Below, in pieces: positions 40,247 through 51,433 of a DNA stretch of 64,000 nucleotides. Origin of the DNA: Legionella genomosp. 1 (GTDB taxonomy: Bacteria > Pseudomonadota > Gammaproteobacteria > Legionellales > Legionellaceae); NCBI GenBank assembly GCA_945862405.1, contig CAMAYX010000001.1:2089-66088 (forward strand), written 5' to 3'. The notes under the pieces were generated by a model that saw nothing but the letters and a program-made list of their open reading frames with translations, had not been told where the DNA came from and made no database searches. The position numbers and the translations under genes were made by a program. Position 1 is the stretch's first letter, and each line of letters starts with the position of its first letter.

Positions 40247-41221
40247 CTAACTTTCTCTTTGACAGATTTTGTCGGCTAGGTATCCAATCGCTCCGGCATA
40301 ATAGATTGAATTATTATATTTCAGAATCATTTTATAATTCGGATACGCCAAGAAAGTGGGTCCACCTAAAGGTTGAACGACACTCGCTTGAAGGTTCGGA
40401 TACGGCAGAGGTTCACCATTTTCGGTGCGAACACCCAAAGCGTTCCACTCACTAACTGGCTTAACAGTAGCTTTACCTTCTAATGCCATATCAAATTTTG
40501 GCGGCAACTTCACAATGATTCCCCAAGGCTCTCCGGTTTGCCATCCGTTTTTCTTCATATAATTGGCAATAGAAGCAAATACGTCCGGTTTAGACTCCCA
40601 AATATCCTTTCGCCCATCGCCGTCATAATCCACGGCATACTCTACCCAGCTTGAGGGTAAAAATTGAGGTTGACCAGAAGCTCCTGCCCATTCTCCTTTA
40701 AAATTCGCTAAGCTTACATGACCATCATTCAAAATGTGCAACGCTAAAAATAATTGTTTTCTAAAGAAATCTTTCCGCTCGGACTCGTACGCTAATGTTG
40801 CCAAAGCTTTTACCACAGGGAAATCACCCATATAGGTACCATAACTGGTTTCCATTCCCCAAAACGACATGATAAAACAAGGATCTACACCAAAATCATT
40901 ACCAATTTTGTCTGCTAGCTCTTTGTGCTTTTTATATTCTCTACGGCCAATTGTAATGCGATAACTGTCCACTCGCGAGCTGCGATATTTTTGGAAGGTT
41001 AAACGGTGTTCCGGTTGAGATTTTGCTAAATTTTTAATTTGCCGGCTAGGCTCATGAATATCCGAAAAGGCTTCATCAAATAAAGCAGCTGAAATACCTT
41101 GAGCTAAAGCTTCTTGACGGACACCGGCAACCCAGTCACCCCACTGTGTTTGATTAGCAGCCGCGAACCCAGAGAACAGTAATGCCCCCCACAATGCACA
41201 CAGCAACCCCAATTTTTTCAT
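40247..41221 (-). CDS. Lytic murein transglycosylase (MltB family)
   Basis: Signal peptide, WGMETSYG, GEWAGASGQPQFLPSS, DYDGDGRKDIW, YNNSIYYA. Confidence 0.92.
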   Translation of the reverse strand: MKKLGLLCALWGALLFSGFAAANQTQWGDWVAGVRQEALAQGISAALFDEAFSDIHEPSRQIKNLAKSQPEHRLTFQKYRSSRVDSYRITIGRREYKKHKELADKIGNDFGVDPCFIMSFWGMETSYGTYMGDFPVVKALATLAYESERKDFFRKQLFLALHILNDGHVSLANFKGEWAGASGQPQFLPSSWVEYAVDYDGDGRKDIWESKPDVFASIANYMKKNGWQTGEPWGIIVKLPPKFDMALEGKATVKPVSEWNALGVRTENGEPLPYPNLQASVVQPLGGPTFLAYPNYKMILKYNNSIYYAGAIGYLADKICQRES

Positions 41222-41251
41222 ACCGTTTCCCCTTGTTGTGATCGGTCTAAC

Positions 41252-42442
41252 TTATGCTCGTAATGATACCATAGGTTCCAATAGTGACGCGCGGCGAGCT
41301 GGGTAAAATCCAAAAAATACACCGGTGGCCACTGAAACTGCAAATCCTGCCAAAGGAGGCAAAACAAAAAAACTAAACTCCCATTGGGTAAAATAGGAAA
41401 TAATCAGAGTTACAAGCAAACCCAGTATTACTCCTAAGCATCCACCCAATAAAGATAACATAACGGATTCCACCAAAAAAAGAGTCTGAATTTCTTTGTT
41501 CCGAGCGCCTACTGCTTTGCGAATACCAATTTCTTTCTTACGCTCACTAACGGAAACCAACATCACATTCATCACCCCAATACCACCAACCAATAAAGCG
41601 ATGCTGCCAATTACACCTAATAGCAATGTAAAGATTTTTGCCTGCCCTTCCATGCTTGCTATGATTTGTTTCGCGCTGCGTACAAATATGTTTAATTTAG
41701 GATCTTGCTTGGAAATATCTTGTCGAATGCTCTCAATTACTTCATCAATGTTAATGTCTTGTTTTAAAAGCAGCACGGCATTATAAATTTTACTTTCTTT
41801 GCTGACCAACGACATGCCGGCAATGGGAATGATGACCGCCTCATTAACATCTTCATTAAAAAACCCATTTTCTTTCCAAGGCTTAGCAATGCCGATAATA
41901 GTATATAAGGTTTGGCCAATACGAAACTGCTTACCTACTGGGTCTTCTAAACTGGTTTTTTGCAATTGCTGTGCTAGGCCATGGCCAATCACGCAATAGT
42001 GCTCAAAAGATTCCACGAACGAAACAAAATGCCCTTGTTCTAATTCAATATGGATAATACTTGCCAATGATTCATCTGCACCAATGATGGAGCCATTCTG
42101 CGCCACGCCTTGGTAACTCATTTCTTGGTAGGTTGTTCCGTAGGGAGCAATTTGCAAAATTTCGGGAATTTGGTCGGGCAATTGCCGCCATGCCGAAAGA
42201 GATAGCGTATCTTGCCCTCCAGATTTGCCGTCTTCTGCTCTTTGATACAAGGAAATAGCCAATAAATCAGTTCCTAAAGCCTTAAATTGTGATAGAGCTT
42301 TTTCTGTTGCTAGTTGACTACAACTGATGAGGGCTACAACCGCTGCTGTGCCTACTAATATTCCTAGTATCGCAAGAAACGAGCGCAGTTTTGCTGCCAT
42401 TAGATTAACAATGGCTTGATGGCAGTAGTTATTAAACGTCAT
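41252..42442 (-). CDS. ABC transporter permease (MacB/FtsX family)
   Basis: RSFLAILGILVG, GGIGVMNVMLVSVSERKKEIGIRKAVGA, GFYPARRA. Confidence 0.93.
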   Translation of the reverse strand: MTFNNYCHQAIVNLMAAKLRSFLAILGILVGTAAVVALISCSQLATEKALSQFKALGTDLLAISLYQRAEDGKSGGQDTLSLSAWRQLPDQIPEILQIAPYGTTYQEMSYQGVAQNGSIIGADESLASIIHIELEQGHFVSFVESFEHYCVIGHGLAQQLQKTSLEDPVGKQFRIGQTLYTIIGIAKPWKENGFFNEDVNEAVIIPIAGMSLVSKESKIYNAVLLLKQDINIDEVIESIRQDISKQDPKLNIFVRSAKQIIASMEGQAKIFTLLLGVIGSIALLVGGIGVMNVMLVSVSERKKEIGIRKAVGARNKEIQTLFLVESVMLSLLGGCLGVILGLLVTLIISYFTQWEFSFFVLPPLAGFAVSVATGVFFGFYPARRASLLEPMVSLRA

Positions 42443-43118
42443 GAGAGGAATCCGCCAAGATGTTACCATCACCTAACATTATGCGCCGGGGGCATTGCGC
42501 GGCAATATGCTCATCGTGAGTAACTATAATAATTGTGCGGCCTTGTTCATGCATTTGCCGAAATAAATTCATAATTTCTTTGCCGGTATTTGAATCCAAA
42601 GCCCCGGTAGGTTCATCCGCTAAAACCAACCTTGGTTCACCAATCAGTGCCCGTGCAATCGCGACTCTTTGTTGTTGTCCACCGGATAATTGCGTAGGTC
42701 GGTGATGAGCAAAACCATCCATGCCAACATGCTGTAGAGCCTGTTTGACTTTTTGGTGGATAGTATCTGCCGATTCATTTCGATAGGTTAAAGGTAATGC
42801 TATATTTTGCTCCGCATTAAACCGTTGCAATAAATTGAATTGTTGAAAAATAAAACCAATGTGCTGATTGCGCAACATTGCTAAATCATCAACATTGAGG
42901 TTAGCAACGTTTTTATTTTCAAGTACATAATCGCCGCTATCTGCTCGGTCTAATAACCCAATAATGTTCATAAGCGTCGATTTTCCTGAACCCGACGCCC
43001 CAACGATGGCCACCATTTCTCCTTGATGAATATCGAGAGAAATCTGTTTAAGCACTGTAGTAGATACAGAGCCCATTTGATATTGCTTAACAATTTGACG
43101 TAATACAATTAAACTCAT
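42432..43118 (-). CDS. ABC transporter ATP-binding protein (LolD/MacB type)
   Basis: GASGSGKST, LSGGQQQR, LADEPTG. Confidence 0.95.
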   Translation of the reverse strand: MSLIVLRQIVKQYQMGSVSTTVLKQISLDIHQGEMVAIVGASGSGKSTLMNIIGLLDRADSGDYVLENKNVANLNVDDLAMLRNQHIGFIFQQFNLLQRFNAEQNIALPLTYRNESADTIHQKVKQALQHVGMDGFAHHRPTQLSGGQQQRVAIARALIGEPRLVLADEPTGALDSNTGKEIMNLFRQMHEQGRTIIIVTHDEHIAAQCPRRIMLGDGNILADSSHDV

Positions 43119-43126
43119 AAATGTCG

Positions 43127-44299
43127 TTAACCCAAGTTTTCCAACATTATTTTCTCGCCAACATTCAGCCCCGAATCAATCACCACTTTGTCCGCCTGCG
43201 CCGCTCCGGTAATTACAGCTCTTGATGTTACTTTTCCATGATCCTCAATTTGCACTACACTTTTTCCTTTAACATGTTTGACGGCGGCAATAGGTACCGT
43301 TATTTTATCGCTGTTTTCTACATGCACCTCAATTGAGGCACTCATACCCACTTTGACCCATGCTTGTTGTGCAGGCGTTAGATTTTTAACTACAACGATG
43401 GCCGCAAATGAAGGCAACGCACTGTTATTTGTAGCGGACGCTTGCGCGTTAACCGCCACCAATTCACCTTTTAGTTCATCTTTGGGATAAGCTACACTGT
43501 GTATCGTTGCCGCCATTCCGGTTTTGATTTTATCAATGTCTACTTCTGGCACATCAATTTCTACACTAATACCATTAAGGTCACCAATAAGTCCTAAAAC
43601 CTGTCCTGTCTTAACTGCGGCACCCACGCTCAAGCGACTGCTCTTATCTTCGGTGGTTTTTGGCGGGTACAATAACACCCCATCTTCCATAGCACGCAGA
43701 TAAATCAAATTGTGCTTGCTCGTGAGCGCTAGACGCACCTTATCAAACTCTTTAAAACTCAGTGTGGACAGTTTAGGATGATTGGTATCGCCCATTTTTT
43801 CCAATATCTCGGAAAGCTTTTGCGATGCCTGCATTAAGGTAACTCGTGAAGAAGTAAGGTTGGATTTTTCGCTTAGAAAATTATTTTTTGACATCAAACC
43901 AGATTGCCATAAATCTTCAGTACCAGAAAATTTTGACTTGGCAATCGCATAATTGTCTTTCGCTTTTAAATATTCAGTCAGAGTATCGCTATACTGCTTT
44001 TGTAAATCACCTGAATTCAAGGTAAAAATAACATCGCCTTTTTTGATTTTTTGTCCATAGTGATAGTTCATGGCATCAATCGTGCCATCCATAGGGTTGG
44101 TAATAGTATTCTCACGCAAAGGCTGTATGGTTCCAGTAAAGAACAGCGTTTTATGAATCGTTTCAGACTGCACTTCATAAACTATATTTCCCTTTTTAGG
44201 GTGGGAACTTCCCCCACACGCGGTGAGAAAAATGGACATGATGAACAGCGTTGATTTGATGAATTTTGGTTTTAAAAGTTGGTTTACGCGCACTAACAA
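43127..44299 (-). CDS. Membrane fusion protein (MacA-like lipoprotein)
   Basis: LTAC lipobox, lipoyl halves, coiled coil, VKVGMSA, GLNVGEKI; start uncertain. Confidence 0.88.
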   Translation of the reverse strand: MLVRVNQLLKPKFIKSTLFIMSIFLTACGGSSHPKKGNIVYEVQSETIHKTLFFTGTIQPLRENTITNPMDGTIDAMNYHYGQKIKKGDVIFTLNSGDLQKQYSDTLTEYLKAKDNYAIAKSKFSGTEDLWQSGLMSKNNFLSEKSNLTSSRVTLMQASQKLSEILEKMGDTNHPKLSTLSFKEFDKVRLALTSKHNLIYLRAMEDGVLLYPPKTTEDKSSRLSVGAAVKTGQVLGLIGDLNGISVEIDVPEVDIDKIKTGMAATIHSVAYPKDELKGELVAVNAQASATNNSALPSFAAIVVVKNLTPAQQAWVKVGMSASIEVHVENSDKITVPIAAVKHVKGKSVVQIEDHGKVTSRAVITGAAQADKVVIDSGLNVGEKIMLENLG

Positions 44300-45912
44300 T
44301 ACCTCAGTTTAATTTGCCAATACTCCAACGTTGTTCCAATAAGCCGTTGTAAGCTTGACAGTTGATTAAGATAAGCAATTTTTGCATTGATTAAACCCAT
44401 TTGCGCCAGCAACAACTGGTTCTGAGTATTATTCACATCCAAAGAGCTTGATATTCCGGCTTGTAATTTCTTCTTTTCCAATGCATAGGATTGAGCCGCC
44501 AATTTAACTTGCCGCTGGGCTAAGTGATAACGTTTTGCCTGGCTTTCAATATTGCTGATGGTGTTTTTTATGCTGGTAATTAAGGTTCGTTTTGCAGCGA
44601 TTAGATTTAACCGATCTTTTTCCAACTTCACTTTTGCATTGATTAGTTGACTGTGACGATTAACATCATTGATGGGTATGGTCAGCGTTACCCCCGCAGA
44701 CTCTGTTAGATTACGACCATTATAAATACTAGGTAACCCGCGACTGTTATTATCCACACCCGTAATTGTTCCAGCCTGAGCATTGGCAGTAAAATCCAGT
44801 TGCCACAATTGCTGATTTTTAGCTGCAGCATACGCGCGCTCATCAGCACGCAATCCCATTTTTAGTGCCAAATATTGCACGTTATGATCTAAGCCTTGCT
44901 GAATAGACTTTTCTACATCGGGAATAAGTAGTTTGTCGAGATTAACATCGCTGGGAACGGCTAATTTCATATCAGGATCCAAACCAATGGTTTGCAATAA
45001 GTCTTGCGCTGTTGTACGAAAATCGTTCTCTGCCTGTTCCACCATCAATTTTAACGATTCAATTTGATAGGAGAGTTGAATGTTTCCCGTAGGTTCGAGT
45101 TGTCCGGCATTAATTCTTTTTTCATTGGTTTGTAACGATTTATTCGCTTCGATTAATTGCAAACGCTGATTTTCTAAATTGTTACCACTAACAATTAACG
45201 CTCGGTAGGTGGTAATTACGAGGGTAATTTGATCCATAACCGATTGTTGCAAATTATATTTGTTCAGCCATTCGGCATCCTCGGCGTCTAATAAGCCCGC
45301 TTCATTTGCCGCAGGTCCAAATCCCCGCAACAAGGGTTGGGTAAATGACAATCCTACCAATGGATTATAATTCCCCACAGCGCCAACATTATTGTCCATG
45401 TTTAAGGAAAGCTGCGTACCCCATTTAGTGTTTAAATTAACCTCAGGTGTTGCTATATAATTATGTGTGGTCGTGCTGCCTACGCCGCTATAATGACTTT
45501 TTTCCACGCCAGCAGTTCCTGCGAGTGCATACTGAACTTCAAACTCATTATGGGCAAGTCGTAATTGATACCTTTGGATAATGCGATCAAGTTCAGCGTT
45601 TTGAATATTAGGGTTATAACGTAATGCCAATAAAATGGCTTCACGTATCGTCAAATTCAGTGTTTTGTTATTCCTGGGGGTTGGTGAATTAGGTAATTCA
45701 ATCCAGTTATCCAGCATAAACTCGGGATTTTGAATGGCACGCACCAACCGTTGCGCAGACTCTACTACCTGAGCTTTTTCTACCTGAGGATTTTTCATCC
45801 AATAATACAAGTTTGGTTCGATAGCGCATTGCTCAGGTAACTCGGCGGCATAAGACCATGCAGTCAACAACACAAGCCCTAAAACAATACAGCTGTTAGC
45901 AAATTTTTTCAT
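44293..45912 (-). CDS. TolC family outer membrane protein
   Basis: Signal peptide, [35 protein letters not shown]. Confidence 0.9.
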   Translation of the reverse strand: MKKFANSCIVLGLVLLTAWSYAAELPEQCAIEPNLYYWMKNPQVEKAQVVESAQRLVRAIQNPEFMLDNWIELPNSPTPRNNKTLNLTIREAILLALRYNPNIQNAELDRIIQRYQLRLAHNEFEVQYALAGTAGVEKSHYSGVGSTTTHNYIATPEVNLNTKWGTQLSLNMDNNVGAVGNYNPLVGLSFTQPLLRGFGPAANEAGLLDAEDAEWLNKYNLQQSVMDQITLVITTYRALIVSGNNLENQRLQLIEANKSLQTNEKRINAGQLEPTGNIQLSYQIESLKLMVEQAENDFRTTAQDLLQTIGLDPDMKLAVPSDVNLDKLLIPDVEKSIQQGLDHNVQYLALKMGLRADERAYAAAKNQQLWQLDFTANAQAGTITGVDNNSRGLPSIYNGRNLTESAGVTLTIPINDVNRHSQLINAKVKLEKDRLNLIAAKRTLITSIKNTISNIESQAKRYHLAQRQVKLAAQSYALEKKKLQAGISSSLDVNNTQNQLLLAQMGLINAKIAYLNQLSSLQRLIGTTLEYWQIKLRYC

Positions 45913-46721
45913 AGACCAGGCACCGAAAACCGCTGCTTGTCCTGTAAGCGTAAAGCGGTTAACGAACCGCCCCATAGACATCCTGTGTCAATTGCATAAA
46001 TGTGAGGATTTGGACATTTGCCCTCTAATGCAGCCCAATGCCCAAAAACAATGTCGGCCTCTATTTCGGGTCGATTTGGCACCTCATACCAGGGATAGAG
46101 GTGGGGTGGGGCATTTTTTAAAGTGCCCTTATAACCATGCACCAAATGCCCATCTTTGGTACAAAATCGCATCCTAGTAAAATAATTACAAACAATCCGC
46201 AATCTATCTACTCCCACCAACGTAGGGTTCCAGTGTTCAGGTTCATTACCATACATGTGTTGTAAAAAATGCAGAAAATCATCACCACGTAATGTTTGTT
46301 CAAGCTCTTGAGCTAAAGAGGAAGCCTGCTTTAAATCCCAGACAGGGGCAATTCCAGCATGACAAAGAACTACGTTTAACTCAGCATCGTGGATTAAAAT
46401 GGATTGTTGTCGTAACCAATGTCCTAACTCTTCACGATCAGGGGCTGCTAAAATTTCATGCAGTGTATCATCATGATTTTCTCGAGTTTGCTCAGTAAAT
46501 AGGTGTGACAATAAATGCAGATCATGATTTCCGAGAGTAATCCTGGGAGTGATCCGCAATCCTTTTACAAAGCGAATTACATCCAACGATTGGGGACCGC
46601 GATTGACCAAATCACCTACAAACCACAGGCGATCCTCACGGTCATTAAAATGTACTTTATCCAATAGTCTTTGTAGGGGTTCATAGCATCCTTGCACATC
46701 ACCGATGGCATAATCAGGCAC
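45909..46721 (-). CDS. apaH: Symmetrical bis(5'-nucleosyl)-tetraphosphatase
   Basis: [42 protein letters not shown]; GTG start. Confidence 0.97.
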   Translation of the reverse strand: MPDYAIGDVQGCYEPLQRLLDKVHFNDREDRLWFVGDLVNRGPQSLDVIRFVKGLRITPRITLGNHDLHLLSHLFTEQTRENHDDTLHEILAAPDREELGHWLRQQSILIHDAELNVVLCHAGIAPVWDLKQASSLAQELEQTLRGDDFLHFLQHMYGNEPEHWNPTLVGVDRLRIVCNYFTRMRFCTKDGHLVHGYKGTLKNAPPHLYPWYEVPNRPEIEADIVFGHWAALEGKCPNPHIYAIDTGCLWGGSLTALRLQDKQRFSVPGL

Positions 46722-48048
46722 TGTGCTTACTTCCCGGTTGCAGCTGAGGATCAGGAGAATCCATGGGGCGCCATTGGCCATTCGTAGTTAAATGTTGCAG
46801 AGGGCTTGCATTTACTGCCCCCTGTTTGCGCATGGTACTGCTCAATGCCTGAGTTTGATTCATTACATCAATAGCAGACATCGAATTTACCTTACCGGTA
46901 TTGGTATTTTGAACTTGCACTACGGCCGGCAGAACCATGGCATAATTCGACACGACGATGCCACTTAACATTTGTTGAGTATTGGTTTGCTCATACCTAG
47001 AAATTACATTTCCTCCCGCACTGACACTGGTGATTCCCATTGCTACGAAAGCGTTTTGAATGGCTTGCCAACTTTTATATTCAGGATGCTCACGCACAAA
47101 CCATTTAAAAATCTCCACCGACATGAGCAAGCCGCCAGGAACCATGAAAAGCGGAGCTTTGTTGATCATGATTTGCCCTTTTTCCAAGGATTGCGTTAGC
47201 CATTGAACAAACTCCATACCTACTTGGCGCTCCTTATCAATGGCAGAGTCAGGGCCTCCTGTATCCACAAATGTGGTCATACGATTTAAACGCCCTTTAG
47301 AAACAGCTGCTCGATGCATAAATTCATTAAAGAATCGCTGAATAGCAATTGCGTCAGCACGAACTAAAATTGCACCTAAAGTTCCGGCCGATTGCCAATC
47401 TTCATTCAACAAAGCAAGCCAGACTGCCAAAGCTTGCGCATTTGATGCAATCCAAACAAAACCTTGATGAGGCATAATCAGCCGAGCCATTAACAAATTT
47501 AACCGCCGGCGAAAATCTTCTTCTTGCTCAGGTTGAAATTCAAACTGATAGTAGCCTCCAGCTGAGACCAAACTTTCTAACAAAGGATTCCACTGTTTTA
47601 TGTACTGTCCATTCGTATCGAAAAGTTCGACTTTATAATCGATTTGCAATTTTCCAATGCCTTGCAGCATTCCCGCCGAAAACAATACATACATCCACAG
47701 CAATTGCTCTTCTGATAATTCAGAGCCCTCTTGAATAACGTAATTTCTAAAAAGATCCAGAGCTGCTTCTGTTCGATTCAAAGCATGATCCAGCAACCCC
47801 CCGGGCATTGCATAATAACTGTGTGCAGTTTCAGGGATACACTGGACGTGATTAATAAAGTTATGAATAAGTGTCAGTGCCAATTGATCGAAGCGATTGC
47901 TTTCAAACGAACTGCAATCTCTAATTTTTTGTAACAGGTCATGGCGCTTAGTTTCTGCAAGCAATTGTGTTGGGGCAACTATCGCTGTTAAATCCTTTAG
48001 GGGTTTAGTTTGTAGTGGTGTTGATTTTTTTCCTGGGCGATGAAACAA
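46714..48048 (-). CDS. TraI_2/MOBH relaxase-like protein with degenerate HD motif
   Basis: [19 protein letters not shown]...AGMLQGIGK...WNP...RADAIA; GGAGA RBS and TTG at 48048 (the longer ORF call runs through a repeat). Confidence 0.75.
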   Translation of the reverse strand: MFHRPGKKSTPLQTKPLKDLTAIVAPTQLLAETKRHDLLQKIRDCSSFESNRFDQLALTLIHNFINHVQCIPETAHSYYAMPGGLLDHALNRTEAALDLFRNYVIQEGSELSEEQLLWMYVLFSAGMLQGIGKLQIDYKVELFDTNGQYIKQWNPLLESLVSAGGYYQFEFQPEQEEDFRRRLNLLMARLIMPHQGFVWIASNAQALAVWLALLNEDWQSAGTLGAILVRADAIAIQRFFNEFMHRAAVSKGRLNRMTTFVDTGGPDSAIDKERQVGMEFVQWLTQSLEKGQIMINKAPLFMVPGGLLMSVEIFKWFVREHPEYKSWQAIQNAFVAMGITSVSAGGNVISRYEQTNTQQMLSGIVVSNYAMVLPAVVQVQNTNTGKVNSMSAIDVMNQTQALSSTMRKQGAVNASPLQHLTTNGQWRPMDSPDPQLQPGSKHSA

Positions 48049-48093
48049 GGCAATCTCCGCTCTTAAATTAAACCTTATGGTTGAACATCCTCT

Positions 48094-48193
48094 CGCTGTC
48101 CTAGCCGTCATTGCGAGCAGGCGAAGCAATCCAGACCAAGAACAAAAACCCGAACTGGATTCGCTAACGCTTGCAAAGACGGTTAGGACAGCG
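48094..48193. repeat. CGTC-type palindromic repeat with extended outer stem
   Basis: CGCTGTCCTAGCCGTCATTGCGAGC...GCTTGCAAAGACGGTTAGGACAGCG; homologous to 40145-40230. Confidence 0.8.
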
Positions 48194-48208
48194 CGCCATA
48201 ACAAAACC

Positions 48209-48991
48209 TTATAATTTTACACTATTTGGTAAATTTTTCGCTAGTTTAACATAATCTGCAATGCTTATCTGCTCAGGTCTTAACCCAGGATCAATACCTA
48301 ACTCGGATAAAACCGATGCCTGAAAATAGGGTTTTAAATTATTGGCGATTGTTTTCCGCCGCATTCCGAATGCTTGCGCCACCAAACGCTCTAAATCTTG
48401 CGTATTTACTTGTAAATACGGCGATGTTTGATATGGGCTTATGCGGACAATCGCTGATTCTACTTTGGGTTGGGGGAAAAAAGCTTCGGCTCCTACATTA
48501 AATAAGTGTTCAACCTCACAATGATATTGCACCATAACCGTTAATCTTCCATAGGCCTTAGTCCCAGGTTGTGCTGCTATCCGTTCAACCACTTCCTTTT
48601 GCAGCATAAAATGCATGTCTTGAATGCTGTCCTTATAATCCAATAAATGCAGGATCAAGGGTGTAGAAATGTTATAGGGTAAATTCCCTATAACTCTAAG
48701 ATCGTTGCCTAATTCACGATAATTAATTGTTAAAGCATCAGCAGAAATTAATCGTAATCGCTGTTCCGCATTCGGCAAATTCTGCAAAGGCTCATGCAAG
48801 TCTCTGTCAATTTCCACTGCAGTTAAATGATTTAATATGCGCAAAAGAGGTTGTGTTAAAGCACCCAGTCCTGGTCCTATCTCAATAACATGGTCATTCT
48901 CTGTAGGATGAAAAGCACGCAAAATCGCATCAATAATAGCGCGATCTTGCAGAAAATTCTGTCCAAATCGTTTACGGGGACGGTGTTGCAT
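48209..48991 (-). CDS. rsmA: 16S rRNA dimethyladenosine transferase KsgA
   Basis: [29 protein letters not shown]. Confidence 0.98.
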   Translation of the reverse strand: MQHRPRKRFGQNFLQDRAIIDAILRAFHPTENDHVIEIGPGLGALTQPLLRILNHLTAVEIDRDLHEPLQNLPNAEQRLRLISADALTINYRELGNDLRVIGNLPYNISTPLILHLLDYKDSIQDMHFMLQKEVVERIAAQPGTKAYGRLTVMVQYHCEVEHLFNVGAEAFFPQPKVESAIVRISPYQTSPYLQVNTQDLERLVAQAFGMRRKTIANNLKPYFQASVLSELGIDPGLRPEQISIADYVKLAKNLPNSVKL

Positions 48992-49158
48992 AGGCTGCTT
49001 TCAAAATTGAAAATCAAATTATACCCAGATTCTAACAAACCTCCAGGATATCTCTTTTGGTCAGGTTTTGCCTTTTTGTTAAATAATAGTAAAATAATTT
49101 TCCAATTTGATGTACATTTCTTTAAAATCGCATTTTTAAACCGGACGAGTTTTTTACA

Positions 49159-49437
49159 ATGAAGTTGAACTTGATGAGCCATCCCCTGGAGAAGAGCTTG
49201 CAATGTCTTACCACTTTGACCGCGGGTAGCGCCTTGGAACTGATCGGACTGGACAGTAAAAAGCCCAAAGAGATTGAGGAAATCCTTAATCACATCCCCA
49301 TTTACATCAACTCCTTGACCTTATGGCTAGATTATCAAAGTGCGCATGAAACAATTCATATCATCATATGTTCCATTCCCAAACATATCACTTCTCTAGA
49401 TTTAAACTTTGATCGCGATGAGTATTTCGTAGCTTAG
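49159..49437 (+). pseudogene. Truncated LRR-like protein fragment
   Basis: IPIYINSLTL and SIPKHITSLDLN repeats resembling Legionella LRR proteins; stops after ~2 repeats. Confidence 0.45.
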
Positions 49438-49456
49438 CGTAAGATACTGCCGTTTA

Positions 49457-49495
49457 TTCCCGGATTACGACCCTGCGGGCCTGCACCCAGGTTAC
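49457..49495 (-). repeat. GTAG-type REP, degenerate
   Basis: Minus strand GTAACCTGGGTGCAGGCCCGCAGGGTCGTAATCCGGGAA. Confidence 0.55.
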
Positions 49496-49567
49496 AACAT
49501 ATTGCTTCTTTAAATTTAAATTTTGATCGTATACTAAAATCAGTTTGGGACACGGTAGGCATACATC

Positions 49568-50317
49568 ATGAAAGGGACACCACATAAAAAGCAGAAAAAT
49601 GTTCATAAAGAGCCTTTGGAATCTCTGAATAAACCTGAAAAGTCGGTGGGCGGAAAGCAGAGTTATGAACGAGTAGCGTGTGTCTTTCAAGGTGGTGGAG
49701 CTTTGAGTGCCTATCAAGTTGGGGCGTTTCGCGCGATTCATGAAAAAGGGTATCGTCTAATTTTTTTTGCAGGCGTTTCAATTGGCGATGATTATTATTG
49801 GGATGGCGGAATTTACGCGAATACTCCTTTAGTCACAGTGCTGGATGCGCTTCCGGAACAAGATACTCTATGTTTTATGGTGGATTGTTTTAGTTTGAAG
49901 AGACCTCTGCCTAAAACCATGGATCAATTAGAAGAGCGGCAAAAAGACATTCGTTATGCCAGTCACTCACGACACCTTACCAAGGTTTATACTAGCCGGC
50001 AAAACTTGCAAGCAGCAATTGCTGTTTTAGGAGATAACTTAACTCCGGAGGCAAAAAAGAATCCTGAAATTCAAAAATTAATCGAGTTAGGGAATGAAAA
50101 ACGATTTAGCGTAGTGCATATCATATATAACGTCACCCCATATTCACATTCATTTAAAGATTATAATTTTATACGTTCAGCCATATCGGTTCGCATAGAA
50201 ACTGGATATAAGAATGCTCATGATGTGCTTACCAAACCAGAATGGGAACAGCGCTCGGAAAAGACTTTGGCATGTTCAATTTACGGAGTGTCTGAGAGTT
50301 ATTTTGAACAACAATAA
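49568..50317 (+). pseudogene. Patatin-like phospholipase (DUF3734-type) with in-frame internal deletion
   Basis: QGGGAL, then GVSIG joined directly to DDYYWDGGIYANTP; C-terminal KDIRYASH and FKDYNF. Confidence 0.75.
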
Positions 50318-51047
50318 TACTTTGTTAGCCCACCTCATCGAATTACGCCGTCGCGCTCTGCTATGCTTCGCGGCTTTCATGGTATTTTTTGTTATTTTCT
50401 TTTTCTTAGCGCCTAATTTATTTCATCAGTTAATCCAACCCTTACTGGACATTTTACCCAAAGGAAATTTTGTGATTGCCACGCACATTACCTCTACGGT
50501 ATTTGTCCCGCTGAAATTAGCAGCAGATGCTGCTCTAATTTGCACAGCACCTTTTGTATTGCATCATCTTTGGCATTTTATTGCGCCAGGACTTTACCGC
50601 TCTGAACGCGAACATTTCGGATGGGCTATCGTTAGCAGTCTTAGCTTGTTCGTATTAGGAGTAATATTCTGTTATCTATGGGTACTGCCGTTTATGCTGA
50701 AGTTTTTTGTGCGCGCACTACCCGCAGATGTTCATCTAATGCCGGATATGATTTCAACCGTAAATTTTATTACCCGCATGATGTTGGTATTTGGCGTTTG
50801 TTTTCAGGTTCCGTTATTGTGCTTAACCATGGTGCGCATGAAGCTTACCACCGTTGCCAAACTAAAAGAAATCAGACCTTATATCATTGTAGGTGCATTT
50901 ACCGTGGGCATGCTGCTCACTCCCCCTGATGTACTCTCACAAATCACCTTGGCAGTGCCACTCTGTCTGCTGTATGAGTTAGGGATATTCTTAGCAAGAT
51001 TTATAGTAAAGCCTAATAAATTATTGGAGTCAGAAAAAGCTGGGTAA
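50304..51047 (+). CDS. tatC: Twin-arginine translocase subunit TatC
   Basis: LAHLIELRRR, WHFIAPGLYRSE, FGVCFQVP, LTPPDVLSQ, LLYELG; TTG start 50304. Confidence 0.96.
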   Translation: MNNNNTLLAHLIELRRRALLCFAAFMVFFVIFFFLAPNLFHQLIQPLLDILPKGNFVIATHITSTVFVPLKLAADAALICTAPFVLHHLWHFIAPGLYRSEREHFGWAIVSSLSLFVLGVIFCYLWVLPFMLKFFVRALPADVHLMPDMISTVNFITRMMLVFGVCFQVPLLCLTMVRMKLTTVAKLKEIRPYIIVGAFTVGMLLTPPDVLSQITLAVPLCLLYELGIFLARFIVKPNKLLESEKAG

Positions 51048-51102
51048 GACACTCTTAAACTATCTAACGCGCAACACTACCCAAAATTTCATTAGTTTAT
51101 TC

Positions 51103-51176
51103 TGGAGCGGGTGATGGGAATCGAACCCACGCTATCAGCTTGGGAAGCTGAAGTTCTACCATTGAACTACACCCGC
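51103..51176 (-). tRNA. tRNA-Gly (CCC)
   Basis: GCGGGTGTAGTTCAATGGTAGAAC-TCAGC TT CCC AA GCTGA-GGTTCGATTCC, CCA end, 74 nt. Confidence 0.98.
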
Positions 51177-51193
51177 TTGATGATTTCCGGTTG

Positions 51194-51433
51194 CTATTTT
51201 TTTTGTTCTTTTGTTTCTTGTTGATAGTGAGCGTCTGCTTTTTCGGCTTTCTTAATGTTTTCTTGAAGTTGGTGTTCTTGCAGCTGCTCATTCCAAAACG
51301 CGCTCAGCTGGTTTTTAGCATGATTCATACGTTTCATAAATTTACCCAGATGCTGAGCCAGCATCGGCAACTTCGCCGGACCAAATACCAGCAACGCAAC
51401 TAATAAAATCAGCAACAACTCTGCTGCGCTCAT
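51194..51433 (-). CDS. tatB: Twin-arginine translocase subunit TatB
   Basis: [19 protein letters not shown]; second of two TatA/B-like genes after ubiB. Confidence 0.88.
   Translation of the reverse strand: MSAAELLLILLVALLVFGPAKLPMLAQHLGKFMKRMNHAKNQLSAFWNEQLQEHQLQENIKKAEKADAHYQQETKEQKK

Noticed and set aside
48049-48204. N-terminal extension of the 496-aa ORF call
   Set aside because: Runs through a palindromic repeat; GGAGA plus TTG at 48048 is the better start
51097-51291. 64-aa minus-strand ORF
   Set aside because: Overlaps tRNA-Gly and tatB out of frame
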